A stretch of 64,000 nucleotides of DNA from Vicugna vicugna (taxonomy: Eukaryota). The translations under genes were made by a program, and so were the position numbers. Each line of letters begins with the position of its first letter. The first letter of the stretch is position 1. Below are positions 1-12,185 of this stretch, one piece after another. The stretch covers positions 2,937,523 through 3,001,522 of the forward strand of contig MU058463.1 of the NCBI GenBank assembly GCA_013265495.1, written 5' to 3'. Under the pieces are notes generated by a model. It saw only the letters and a list, made by a program, of their open reading frames with translations. It ran no database searches and was not told the DNA's origin.

Positions 1-160
1 GTGCGCAGGCGTGACCGGCGGGGTGCGGACCGCGGAGAGCGCCGGGCGGACGGGGCGCGCACGAAGCGCGGGGAGCGCGCTGAGACCGCGCATGCGTGTT
101 GCGTGCGCTGAGTCCCCTCGGAGAATTGAGCCGGAGTTCCTCAGCTGGTAATTAGACGCT
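1..160. promoter_or_regulatory. Edge of a CpG island / GC-rich promoter, truncated by the window start, with NRF1-type motifs
   Basis: Very dense CpG. TGCGCAGGCGT at 2-12 and CGCGCATGCGTG at 87-98 resemble the NRF1 consensus YGCGCAYGCGCR; GC-box-like GGGCGG at 44-49. Confidence 0.8.
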
Positions 161-1804
161 CCGGAGGGTCCTTTCCCACCCTGTTAGTGCTTTTGAGGAC
201 GTCCTTCGAGAAAAGGGAAGGGGCCAGCATCTCACAGAGGTTAAAAATACTCCCCTCTCCATAGTCTGCCTAAGTCAATAGACGCCTTAAACACCACAAA
301 ACTTTCAAAACTGGTTGACGTTTTTAAAAAAGAATTGGGAGCAATAAGGTCTTGGCTTTTGTTTTGTTGTTAGGGTGCACACCAGCAAAGCTTTCCTACG
401 AATTTAACCTTATTAGGCAAGAATTTATACCCGTGGCGGGAGGAAGGCTGGTCGCTAGGCATTCGTCCCGGAGAATTCCGTGGAGTCCTGGATCGCAAAA
501 CGGAGGTTGAAAGTCTTGAGTTCCAAAGAAACTGGAAAAGTCCAAGGAGGGAGGACAGCGTCCTCCCATCCCCTGCCCCAAGCCCGAATGGCCCGGAGGT
601 CGCGTCTCTCCGATTTAGAAAGCGAAGAGAATAAGAAAAGGAGAAGGGAAACTGAAGAAACGTGGAAAAAAGAAGTAGCAAAAGGAGGGATGGAGGAGGG
701 AGAGAGGCAGACTCCTTGCATTGATTAGGTAAAACGAATACAAACAAAAGTTTGGTAACTGACGCCTAGCTTCAGTGCAGCATGATGCATACAAACTTTT
801 GTAGCCATGGATCAGAATAAAACAATGTGTCGACAATTTCCAGCAGTGGAAATTCACTTACACCAGTCTCCCCAGACCCTCCCTCGGCCCCCCGCCCCCG
901 CCAAGTGTTGACAATAAACATTTAATGAAGGCAGAGACCTGGCTGTCTCCAGTCGGTGTCAGAATACTTTAAGCAGACCATTAGCACGGCTTCTTCCACT
1001 TCAAACATCGCGCGCTACATTCTAACATTATATATTAAAAAACAAAACAAAAGTGTGAGACAAATAATATGTTTATACGGATATCTTAAGTGGTCTGCAG
1101 TTCTGATACCCCTGTACTTATTAACAGAAACTAACTCATTGTAGAGCACTCGCGCTTAAAAAATGTTAAATACAGTTAATGCAATATTAATCGCCCTTTG
1201 GTGATATAAAATGCAATATTTTCAGGCAGCTATCGAGCTTTTCTAGAGGAAGAGCTGATGAAAAGAGTCACAGCTGAATAGTGGAGAGAAAAAGCCCGGT
1301 ATTTATTGCTTTTGTTTGGCTTTTGGCTACAGAGACAGGAACCTTCTAATGGGGTAAGGACATTTATTTTATCTGCAATCTATTGCTGCGAGAGCAGGGG
1401 CGGCAGATGGGGCTGGTGCGATAGTCACAGTATAATTTAGAGCAAATCCTAATAACTAATAATGATTTATGTTAATTTTGATCACTTATGCGACTTTACC
1501 AAAGCGTTGTGATGAAAGAAAGAGAAAGAGAAGCAGAATGTGACAAGGAGCTCTGAGGCTGAGATTGGAGCTCAACTATCCTGCTTAAAACGTGTTTTAT
1601 GAGTTAGCAATGGAAATACAGGCATTTAAAAAAGCAGGTCGGATCCATTTGACTCTGGGCAGAGGTATATCCCCAGGGCTTTCATTTCCTCCGGAAAGAT
1701 ACCTAAATCAGAGGAACCGTGATGCCTTTGAGCGGGAGTCTCTTTCATTCCAGTTTTAAAGAAAACAGATATGTTCCAATTGTTTCATTTGCTTATATTC
1801 AACT

Positions 1805-1808
<4 letters not shown>

Positions 1809-1866
<58 letters not shown>
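1809..1866. repeat. (GT)n microsatellite
   Basis: Uninterrupted GT dinucleotide run of about 29 units. Confidence 0.98.
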
Positions 1867-1868
<2 letters not shown>

Positions 1869-1889
1869 GGGAATTAAGTGTGTGAGAGA

Positions 1890-2330
1890 CTCCGAGGTTT
1901 GAAATCAGCCTTAGCGCCTATGAGCAGGCTCTCGCGCATCGTCGCCACGCCTTATGCAAAAGTTTTATTACTGGGTGCTTAAACAAGTTGCCCTTTCTTA
2001 ATCTTCACTTCCAACCTGGTATTTGTTTGTCTAGAATCAACTTTTGGGAAGCTTCGCTTTCTCTACCTCCCGTCTTTCCCCTCTCCCAACGGATTCCAAG
2101 GCTTTTAAACTTAAAAGTGCTTCCCCTCTTCTCATCCTTCTGGTTGCGTGGCACGGGTTCAGAACCCCAGGGGCTGCCAACGGGGCGCAGTTCTGCACAG
2201 GGATGGACGATTTTCGGCTGCCACGCAGTGCAATGCAGAGGGTTGGAGCGATTTTGAAAGGAGGGTACGCCTTGCTCCTGGCAATTTACTTTTTCGGTTA
2301 CCTTTCGCGCGTTTCAACGCCTCGAGGCTT
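1890..2330. promoter_or_regulatory. Small CpG-enriched patch (island shore)
   Basis: Locally retained CpGs (ctcgcgcatcgtcgccacgcc, ttcgcgcgtttcaacg) in an otherwise CpG-poor background. Confidence 0.5.
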
Positions 2331-5300
2331 AGTTTGAAAGTAAAACAGCATCAAAGCACCTCCTTATTAGTTCTGTATTTGAGAAATCTGAAGATGAAAC
2401 TACCTAAAAGGTTTAATAGGGCGGAACAGCATTTATTTGCCAAGCAAACAGCCAGAGTACAGTTCAAAAGGGGTACAGTGGTTTATCAGCAGGAGGCTAG
2501 AAGAACAAGAACGTTGGGTAAAGGGAATTTCAAGCTTCAGTTACGACGGTAGTGAATTAAATAAGCTTCAAGTGGGATGTCTGCTTTGATTTTTAATATC
2601 ATCTCTGTTACCAAAAATGTATACATACATACATGTGTCTCTATATATTATGTGTATATATGTATGCATATATGCTTCCTTCACCTTTCAGAATTGTTGT
2701 CAAGATTTTGTTTGTTTGTAAGTTGTAGATTCTGTAGAGCAATAGTTATCTCTCCTGGGATTTGATCTGCAAATACACTTAAAATATAATCACATCTTTT
2801 AGAGTCCATACGTTCATCATTTCCTTCTTTTTTCTGAAGCTACAGATGTAAAAATACACTTAATTTCTTCTATTAGGGAAAAACATCAAGCTACATGATT
2901 CAGAGCCGTTTCTTTCCTAAACATTATGCTGCATTTTGTTTTCACTTTTGAATCATCTCTATCAGCAACTGTACTGTTTTTGTACTGTTAGTATTCCTGG
3001 TGTAAAGAGGACTTTAAACAAAATAAATCTTTAAACAAAATAAATCCAGGCAGCTGACGTTGCCTGTTTACTGATAATACTCAGGAGCTGGTGCGTGTTT
3101 GTGAACCTGAAGCTGTGCTTCCACGCACATATCCATAGACAAACAGATGTAAACACAGTTTCTCCTGTTGTTGTGGATTGCTGTGTTGAGTGTAGCTTAG
3201 AAAGAGTCTCCTGTCTCAACTTTACTCTGGTTCTGTCCCAGTGTTTCGGTACCAGAAGAAACTCCCTTAAAATTGAAGAGTGGTGCATTATTGAAACTCT
3301 CTATCAAACAGCTCTGGGGTGCAGCCTTTCTGAACATGCCGCTCTAGATGAGGTCTGACTGTCTGACTGCACATAAGCCCCTAATATGTTAATGGCCGTA
3401 GGGGATGCCTAAGGTACTATCTCAAGCTGCTTCGCACACCATATGTCAGGCCGTTAGCCACATGGATCTATTAATCAAAAAGAGCTGGAGAGGGAGAAGA
3501 GGGTCTTCGAAAGGGGGCGAATGAGAGCAATGGGGGAGGGGGAAGAGGGAAAGAGAAAGCATTTAAAAGACCCATCATTTTTGTTTCTTTTATTAAGAAA
3601 TAAAAATGACTAAAGAAGACTCAACCACTGCAGATTTCCTTTTCTGACAAGTTGAAGATGGTCCACAAATCTCTACTAAAAGAATTGGGATAGTATCTGG
3701 TTCTATTAAAATAAAAGGCAGTTTTACCTGGAGGGTCCTGTTTAGAGTTCCTTTATTGCAAAAGTTTTATAAGCAAGACTCTACAGAAAGTTACTTTTGT
3801 TATGTAGTTTGTTTTGTAGATGAGCTTTATTAAAAACAGTGGGGAAGGTGGAATGAGGCAAGTATGTGTTTAGGGGATGGGGGGGCAAGGAAGGAGGTGT
3901 CTGGAGGATTTGTAATGAATACATAATTCATCAGTATATATCTGCATGGACAGTGGAGTTTATACCACTTTTAGTTCTTCTGATAGTAAATGTAAAGTGT
4001 TTACATTTTGGTCCCTTCCTTTAAGCTGGCTTTATGAAACTCAAGAGTCTACAAGGTGCAAAAAGTATTTAATTCTTTTAGGAGGAGAGGAAATGGGAAA
4101 ACATTTAAAACCTCCATCTTTCTCACTTCTGCTTTGTTTAGAGTTATCTCTGCCCTGTGAATGTTTTTGAAAAAATTGGTTAGATAAATACTTTCAATAG
4201 TTTGCACAACCTTAGAATTTATGTACTCAGCATAGAGATGGTATAAATGAATCACATGGACTTAAGCACATCTATAAGAAAAGTTTGGATTTTTTTTTGA
4301 AGTGCTGAATACATTTGCCATGTGCCACAAACTTACCATTTTGGGGGAAATCAAATGAAAGTACTGATTTTTAAAATGTCAGAAACTCAGAAACAGAGCA
4401 ATGAAAGGAAAACATATAGGTGCCTAGATTTAAAAATCGGGTTCCTTTCATGTGTTACCTGGGGATAGAGAAAATAGGAAATCAAATGTCCATTCAGGTT
4501 TTATTATTTTTTAAATTGATAGTGATGGTGAACCATATGAAGACTTAGTTTCTGGATTATTAATTTTAAGTTTGCCATCTATAACTAATGATAAAATTTG
4601 GGAAGGGATACTCTTGAATATGATTTTTAATGTTGTCATGATTAAAAAGCGTTTTACTAAATTAGTTAATTTATAAGATAATGAATGAAAAGTTTATTAA
4701 TCTCAGGTTTTTAAGTGTATATATATGCAAATGCTTGATTTATATATATTTGAGAACACAGATTATTCACCCAAACCACAAATCCTTTGTCATTATCATA
4801 GATTCATAGCACTCTTATTATATTGGACTTGAAAAAGAGAGGGGCAGCAGAATGTTCTTATGATTTAAAAATACATTAAAGAAGATACTTGTGAGATTGT
4901 GCTCAATGATAAACAAAAATCATATAAATGACATCTGTTACATTGCTTATAGTACATAAGTAGAGTTCTTTGTACTGTATATTAGATTGGATGTATTAAA
5001 TAATTTTTATTTTCACAAATGTACCTATTATTATTATTATTAGAAGCAAACTCTCAATTACAAGGAAGTAAGCTCTCAGTTATTAAGTGCCTTTAATTAA
5101 AAACACCAGTACATGTGGTTGTTTGCTTTGGCTGGAAAATTGTCTGTAATTCTTTTAGTTAAAAAAAGAAGCATTTAAAAATAGAGAATTGTGTTGTAGA
5201 GAACTGAGAACTGCAGTCAATCTGTAAATATGAGGGGTTCTAAAGCACTATATTTCATCCAGGAGATGATGAATACATAAAGACTGGATCATCCTGAATC

Positions 5301-6582
5301 TCAGGAGTAGCTGCATAGAGAGAAACACTTATTATCTTGAAATTTTGGTGCATGCCACACGAGCCTTCATTTCTTTCCCTGTAGTTAAAAGGTAGCTCAT
5401 ATATCTGTCGCATTGGGTTTCCAAAGACTCGTAACTTAATTCCTTCAGGCTATTCATCAGCACAGTAATTAAACTAGCAAATGGATGTAAATAAAGTGAA
5501 ATTGGTTTCATGACAGATGAGGCGAAGAGGCCTCTGACATGAAACAAGGCAGGACAATAATGATTTCGGCAGCATCAGGCTATGGAAGGAACCCCAGCTG
5601 GATTTATTAGGTGCTGCAAGTGATTTGCTGGAAGCGGGCAAGACATGAGCACTCTTTAATTTGACAGGAATTTTGCATCCTAAAGAGCATATTGAAATAT
5701 AAATCCAAAAACAAGTTCAGGCAAAATGTAAACAAATGCATTATTGTACTGAAGGTACTATTCAATATTAAAAAAGAAAGAATAGAAGACTACACCCCCC
5801 CCAGCAGAAGAGCTTCAATTGCACAACTTGTTTGCCAATTCTGAGGAGTGACAAAATAATTATGAAATGTTCCTTTCTACTTATGAATTCTATTGTTATT
5901 TTAGGGCTGGCAATTTTGTCTTTCTAGATTTATTTACTTGAGAACACAACTAATACAATTGATGATTTAAAAACCAGCACAATGAAAACATCTGTAGAAA
6001 TTATGGGTACATGCACACCTGAGAGGGAAATATGACAAACCGGGAGAGAAACCCACATGGGCAACTTATTTTACAGACTGCAATTATTACTGCATTTAAA
6101 TAAAATCTGGGATAAAGATCTGGTACTGTTTTATTGCCTCTAGTGGTCTGTGCCTGGATGCCCAGAAAACAAATTTCTAGCTACAGAGAGAAATTGTCTT
6201 AAGCCCTTGATCAGACGAAGCTTTAAAATCGAATATAGGTTTGTCCTTGTAAAGTAAGCAGTTCCATAGATTAGAGGGGACCAAACTATAGCCGAAAATT
6301 GAGAAACAAAAGGAGAAGGTGCAAAGAATGAGCTCTTGGCTGCCTCAACAAAACTAAAATGGAAATTGAGTCACCAGTTCCACTACAGTAAGACAGTCAC
6401 ACACAGAATAAATAAAAGGCAGCTTTTCACACTAGGAACAGATTAGCTTCTTTCTCCATGAAAGAATGAGAAATGAACTGCTTTATGCTTAAATGCAGTC
6501 TCAATTATTTAAACGCCCTTTCATGAGGAGCAAAAGCCTCCAGGAGTGGTGCCCTCCTCTACCACAAGATTCACGCAAGATT

Positions 6583-6603
6583 TTCAGCACCGTGGCCAGG
6601 TCC
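6583..6603 (+). promoter_or_regulatory. RE1/NRSE (REST binding site) candidate
   Basis: TTCAGCACCGTGGCCAG (6583-6599) fits the degenerate RE1 consensus NTYAGMRCCNNRGMSAG at all 17 positions, in a small GC-rich patch. Confidence 0.65.
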
Positions 6604-8417
6604 CGGGCTGCAGCAGGATTGGCGGGGGCAGGGGGTTGGGGGCGGAGGCGGAGGCGGGAGGAGGAAAGTGGATAGCTGTTGACCCCAAAAGGTGAAATCT
6701 AAATACTCCTGAAATTCTACGGGCGGTTTAATTATTTAGCAGTGGATTCAGATCCACGAGTGGGATACTAACGTGACCCAAGTCCTCAAATCATTTGGAA
6801 AGCTGTGTTTTAAAGGAAAGGGTGGGGAAGAGTAGAAGAGTAGGCTATTAAAACTCTTAATGAAAATAAGATCTTTAAAAAACTAAACTAAACTAAACAC
6901 CCACTGCATGCTCACTATTAGGAAATAGTGGGTGACTTTCAGGCCACGAAGGAATTTATAATGAAACTCAATTGGCTTTCTCCCTGAGCCTGTCCCTTTT
7001 TTTTTTTAAACAGAAAAATATGCCTAATTATTTTAAAGTTCTTTTCCAATAGCAAGGCAGAGGCAAGTCCTTTAATTATAATACAGTCTGAATAGGGGGA
7101 GCATATGGAGGAGAATGTCAAGAAGAGGGTGCCAGGGGCAGATCCTCAGAAATCTGTATTCATTTCAGGCTCTTATTTGTTCAGTAATCTCTACCATCAT
7201 AACTAAATCTTGAAGCACTGATGTAGTTCGAGTTGTTGTTGACTTAACGTCAAAATTCAATCACTGGGGGTTTTGCATCAGCCGGGCTACTTATTTGTCT
7301 AATAAATCCGTCATTTTGTAAGAAAAATATTTGAGCAGCCGTACTTGACCTCTTGGTATCCACAAGTCACATTTATTTCTCCCAGTTTACAAATGCAAAA
7401 TCGAGATGATCATCTAATGCCTGGAGGAACTGTGTTGATTTCTGATTGGATTTTAGATGGAAATGTCTATTTTAAATACCTTGTGATTAAATTGTACATA
7501 TAATAGAATCCATGCATTTTAAGCTGCTTCCTGCTTGGAAACTTAACAACCTGCACTACTAGTCACACATACCAATGCCAAAAAAAAAAAAAAAACCCAC
7601 AAAATACCAACCTACCTTTTCCAAACAAACACTTAAATTCAGTCTTAATTGTAAGACTTTATTAAAACCAGAGTCTTATATCTTCTTATCTTAAAATAGT
7701 TCTCTCAGTAATAGATATTCACCCCAGAAAATGTTTCAATTCCGGGAGAGTAAGGCTTCATTATCTCTATCCCAGAGACAGCACACATAGGAGAATTCAT
7801 GGCTGGCTCCTCAATCTCAGGGCTGCAGTGTGGACTGTACTGCCAAACTGTAACTCAAGTTCAAGGAAATCCATATCTCCGCTTCTGAATACTATTAGTC
7901 AAGGAAAATAATGTTATGTTTGATTGAACTGATTTTATTCTCCATTATAGCAATGTGTTTGCAGATTGCTTGACAATATTTTTTTCCACCCCTCTCCCAC
8001 CTGTTCTTCTTCTAACAGCTTTCAGTACAAAGACCCTTTCACAACTCAAGAATCATTCTGAAATCTTTTGCTAAGTCACAACGCACCATTGGAGAGTCTC
8101 TCTATGTGGTGTTGGGGAGAATGAGTCATCACCCGGACCCTATCTGTTGTGGCAGAGTGCTTGGCTAAACAGAGACGCCTTCAGAAGTCAGACAGGAGAA
8201 ATGATTTTGCCAGTTGGTGATGAGACTGGGCTAACTGAGGCCTCGGAAACCTGAAACAACCGAACACAAACTTTTTATCGACGAGGCGTGTCCAGAAGAT
8301 GCAGCCTGCTCGCTTGGCTGGGGTGGGTAGGGTGTAGACTGGTTGCACCTCGGCGGAGGAAGGAGCAGGAACTGAAAAACCTTTTCTTTTGCTTTCTTGC
8401 CCAAGGGCCTGCGTGCC

Positions 8418-8418
<1 letters not shown>

Positions 8419-8464
<46 letters not shown>
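8419..8464. repeat. (GT)n microsatellite
   Basis: GT dinucleotide run with one GA interruption near its start. Confidence 0.97.
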
Positions 8465-8465
<1 letters not shown>

Positions 8466-8569
8466 CTATTCAATAACTGGGAGATGTGTAGACAAAGTGT
8501 TGGTCCAGCTTGTTTGTATCTGAAACCGTGTTGGTGGTTCGACCCCATATACAAGAGAATTCAAGCCCA

Positions 8570-9150
8570 AAGTGGTCAGTATAAGGGGAAGGTCCCTGAG
8601 CCCCCGCTGACTCTGCCCTCGCTCTGCCCTGGCTTTCCCTCCCTCCGAGCCCCGCGTGGGTTCCGTCCGAGTTTGGCGTTCGTACGTTTCCCTCGCCTGC
8701 TCTGTTTATGCTTGGAATTCCCAAGACTTCGGCTCCTCCATCATGGTGATGAGAGAGGCGCTCTTCCCGAACGCTTCGGCGCTCCCCTGCCCTGACCACC
8801 CGGGAGCTGAATCCCTGCGAGGGGTTCTGGCGCCGCGTCTACGCAAGGCAGGGCTGGCGCGCAGCTTGCGCTCTCAGGGTTGGGATGCTTGGGCTGGGGC
8901 GACCCAGGGAGTTCCGCTTTTCGCCGCGGGCGAGTGTCCCGGGTGCGCTCTTGCTTTCTGCTCTTTTCCCCCTGAGACCTGGAGGGGTCGCTAGTGAGCA
9001 GCAAACTTCGCGCGCGGCAAAGGGGGCTAGAGAGTTTACCCGAATTTCCTGCTTCAGCACGCTGTAAGCGTGCACTCCTGAAGCTTAGTAGGTGCCTGTT
9101 ACTGGCCAGTCCTATGGGGAGGCTGCTGGGATGCGGGAAACTGCCCATTA
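8570..9150. promoter_or_regulatory. Second CpG island / candidate promoter or Polycomb-type island
   Basis: High GC and CpG density (ggcgccgcgt, ttcgccgcgggcg, ttcgcgcgcgg); TATAAG at 8580-8585 on its left edge. Confidence 0.7.
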
Positions 9151-11899
9151 TGTTCATTTCTGAGCCTTTTTCATAAACATTTCAAACCAGTTCCAAACCA
9201 GCCGCCCCAAATCTTGATTACTTCATTTTCCCCTCATAGGACTAAGGCATCTCATATATTCAGCAAGACACTGAATACAACACAGAACAAAACAATCCTT
9301 AAATTTAGGCCCACCCTTCCGTGTGACAGCAGCAATCTATGCGATTCGACTCCCAGTTCCAAGGCTTGTGGAGGCTAGGAGGACGAGATTATGTCTCTGT
9401 GGTTTATGCCCTGGCTCTGGCTGTTCCAGTATGAGGAGGTGAAGGAATCATTCTTTAGTATGTGACAAAACCGATCAGACTGGATTGGCAAATTTCCTCA
9501 ATATCTGTTCTGTTACAAACACGTACTGTTGGGGTTTCTGAGTCGTTCTCTTCTCGCGTCTCATTCCCTCCTCCCAACTTCCCCTCAGCGCGTGAGAGAA
9601 ACGTGGAGGAGGTGATCCTGATGTTCCCTGGCTGTCTGTCTCCTAGCGGATTCTCTGTTTTGCCTTCAGATGTGGAGCTGCTGAGGGAACTTTATTCCTT
9701 GAGTGCTGTTAGGCTGAGAAGACAAGGAAAGTGTCTAGGAAGGCCCACCTCCGTGAGCTTTGTTGCTGGCGGAAGTGTACGCAGACCTCTTCTTGGCTTG
9801 CAGATTCTTCTCCATCCCCTGGAGTATTGGTGGAAAGACTTCTGTATTTCCGTTGGTTTCCTTTAGTTTCCCAGAGTCAGTCACTCCATCGGAAGCTGGA
9901 ATTCTGTGCAAGGATTGTATTAGCCAGCAAAAAGGTAGTTGTGGCTGGTGAGATAGTTTGGAGATGGAGGAGGGCAGAATGTTCCAGAGAGAGAGAGAGA
10001 TTTTTAAACCCAGATGGTCCTACACTTACGAATGTATTAGGCATCATTTCTTGGAGAAGCTTGATTTAAGTACTCAAAATTTCTACCTGTAGGTTTTTGA
10101 AGTTAGCTTCACCTGCATAAAGTAGTGGCAAGTTTGTGAATTTCTTAATGAGAACAAAGCTGGAGTGAAAAGGAGGAAGTACTTTTGCAGTTTGAAAATA
10201 TTAATGCTAGCTTGTGGAAATGGATGGACTACACTGTAGTTATTAACAACTTATAAAATCTTAAATCAATACAAATTAATTTAATTATGATTTGTAATTG
10301 CATTATGCACGATCAATTTGAAACATTACATTAAAGATAATTAGAGCTGGGCACCATCACTTGTCACTCCCCTAATAGCTTAATGAAAAGGAATGTCGTG
10401 TACCACCTTTGGGTTAAACCTGTAAATTAGGATAAATGCTTGTTTTCCAATAAAAATGTGGTAAAATAATTGTACATTTAATAGACATTTTTATGACTCA
10501 ATTGTGAATGTGAAATGGATTTTTTCATGGGGAACTGTATTATTTTTTTTTTCCATGGACCTACTTAAGTATTTATTAGGGTTGATTGAGCTGTCAGTGT
10601 TCTTTTCAGGATCAGACCTCCAGGATTTGAATGAAGACTAACTTTTATGTAAAAATATCATGCTGTCCTCGAAGCTTGTGCCAAGAGGTCACTGCAGATG
10701 GAGGTCCTAACTTAGCATAATGGGTTTAACATTTCCATGACATCATCAGGGAATCTGAAAGGAGTCTAAGGATAATCAGAGTGGTCATTCAGAAGAACAG
10801 TAAATATTTTATGAGGATATATAGAAGACAGGAAAGATGGTCAGAAAGGTGATTCTAAGCTCCTTAGAGTTCCGTGAAAGGCTTCTCAGTTGCTCGAAGT
10901 TAAAAGAGCTACTGCATATTCTTATATTAGTGAGACCCATTCTAGACACTCAGAATAGAACCCAGATTGGGTACTGGTTTGTATGTGATTATTTTTGTTT
11001 CCTGAACTCTGCATATTTCATCAAGTCACCTGTATTTGTCCTTTATATGCTTACAAACAGAATACACATTCATTATTCCTGGGACTATTTAAGTTTGTTG
11101 ATTTCCCAATATTATCTAGTTCTGCAAGACAAGTTCTTTATTTTTAAGATGATAATTGAAATTACCAGAAGCATATCAGGAGTGCTTGTGAATTAGATGA
11201 ATTCAGTAAACTCTATTAATTATTTGTTTTATTTTTTGCCCTTTATTAAATATAATATTTGGATTCCTATATTACTACAGGTGTTTAGATGGGACTCACT
11301 CTTATCCACCATTAAATTTCTACTTCCGGCCCCAGGCAGGCATTAAAATATCTATTTGTCTCTATCTCTGTCTCTTTCTATCTATCTAGAGAATGAGAGA
11401 GAGAGAGAGAGAATAAACAATAAAAAAATCCACGAAACTATGTGATTCAGAATCTTTAACATCTTCTCTAAATTATGATCATTTTTATTTCCAGACAGAT
11501 TTTACATGAAAGAAATAAACTTATTTTGTTATTTGAAAAGTAGACACACCATTTTTCTTCAAGGATATTTTTAAGTATCCTGGAAACTTGCTCAGGCCTG
11601 TGGGTTTTTGTTTTTAATCTCACTTTGAATTAATTTCATTCAGTGTCTTACATTAACCATTAAAATGGATATTTTAGGCTCAATTTCAGAAAAGCCCACT
11701 GGAGTGAGCATTGAGTCTTCATAAATGTATTTGTTTATTATTATAAGACATCCTTTTGACACTTCTGAAAATAAAAGAACTTTTATCATTCTCTGCAGAG
11801 GACATAAAATGCATTAAATGTTGGGAAAGGTAGACAGAATATTTTAAACTCCACAATTTAATCTTCTCTCTCCCAAAGTTGATCTTTCAACATCTTAAG

Positions 11900-12185
11900 G
11901 ATGGGTACATCCTTAGAAGCTCAGGTGTTGTCATGCCATGAAGCCTTCCGTGATCGCCCAGTCAGGAAGAAACCTCCCTGTGAATTCTGAGGCACAGTTT
12001 TCCTTCTTTGATCTCTTAGCTCAAGTTGCCTTCTATTGTAAAGACATGTTTTGACTCCTGCCTTTCTGCCATAGTAAAGACTTCTCAAGAGAAGAGAGTT
12101 TATCTTTTCTATCTCATACTTCCCAGAATGTCTAACACAGTATTACATATAGTAGGTAATAAAACTTCATGCATACATGAGTTAA
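11900..12185 (+). mobile_element. L2 LINE 3' fragment (degraded)
   Basis: Ends ...tctaacacagtattacatatagtaggtaataaaa...catgagt, resembling the L2 3' terminus. Confidence 0.5.

Noticed and set aside
370..857. ORFs near the first CpG island
   Set aside because: Low-complexity purine-rich sequence with non-ATG starts and no homology I can recognise.
2615..2675. Apparent hairpin in TA/CA-rich sequence
   Set aside because: Self-complementarity follows trivially from low-complexity (TA)/(TG) content.
6132..6148. CTCF-like gaccactagaggcaa on the minus strand
   Set aside because: One G short in the core, so the spacing breaks the motif.
8231..9176. Cluster of overlapping 60-138 aa ORFs
   Set aside because: Expected from stop-codon scarcity in a GC-rich island; no frame resembles a known protein.
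1..10000. Naming the adjacent gene from CpG-island spacing
   Set aside because: No exon or UTR sequence was recognised, and several developmental loci have similar layouts; an alignment is needed.
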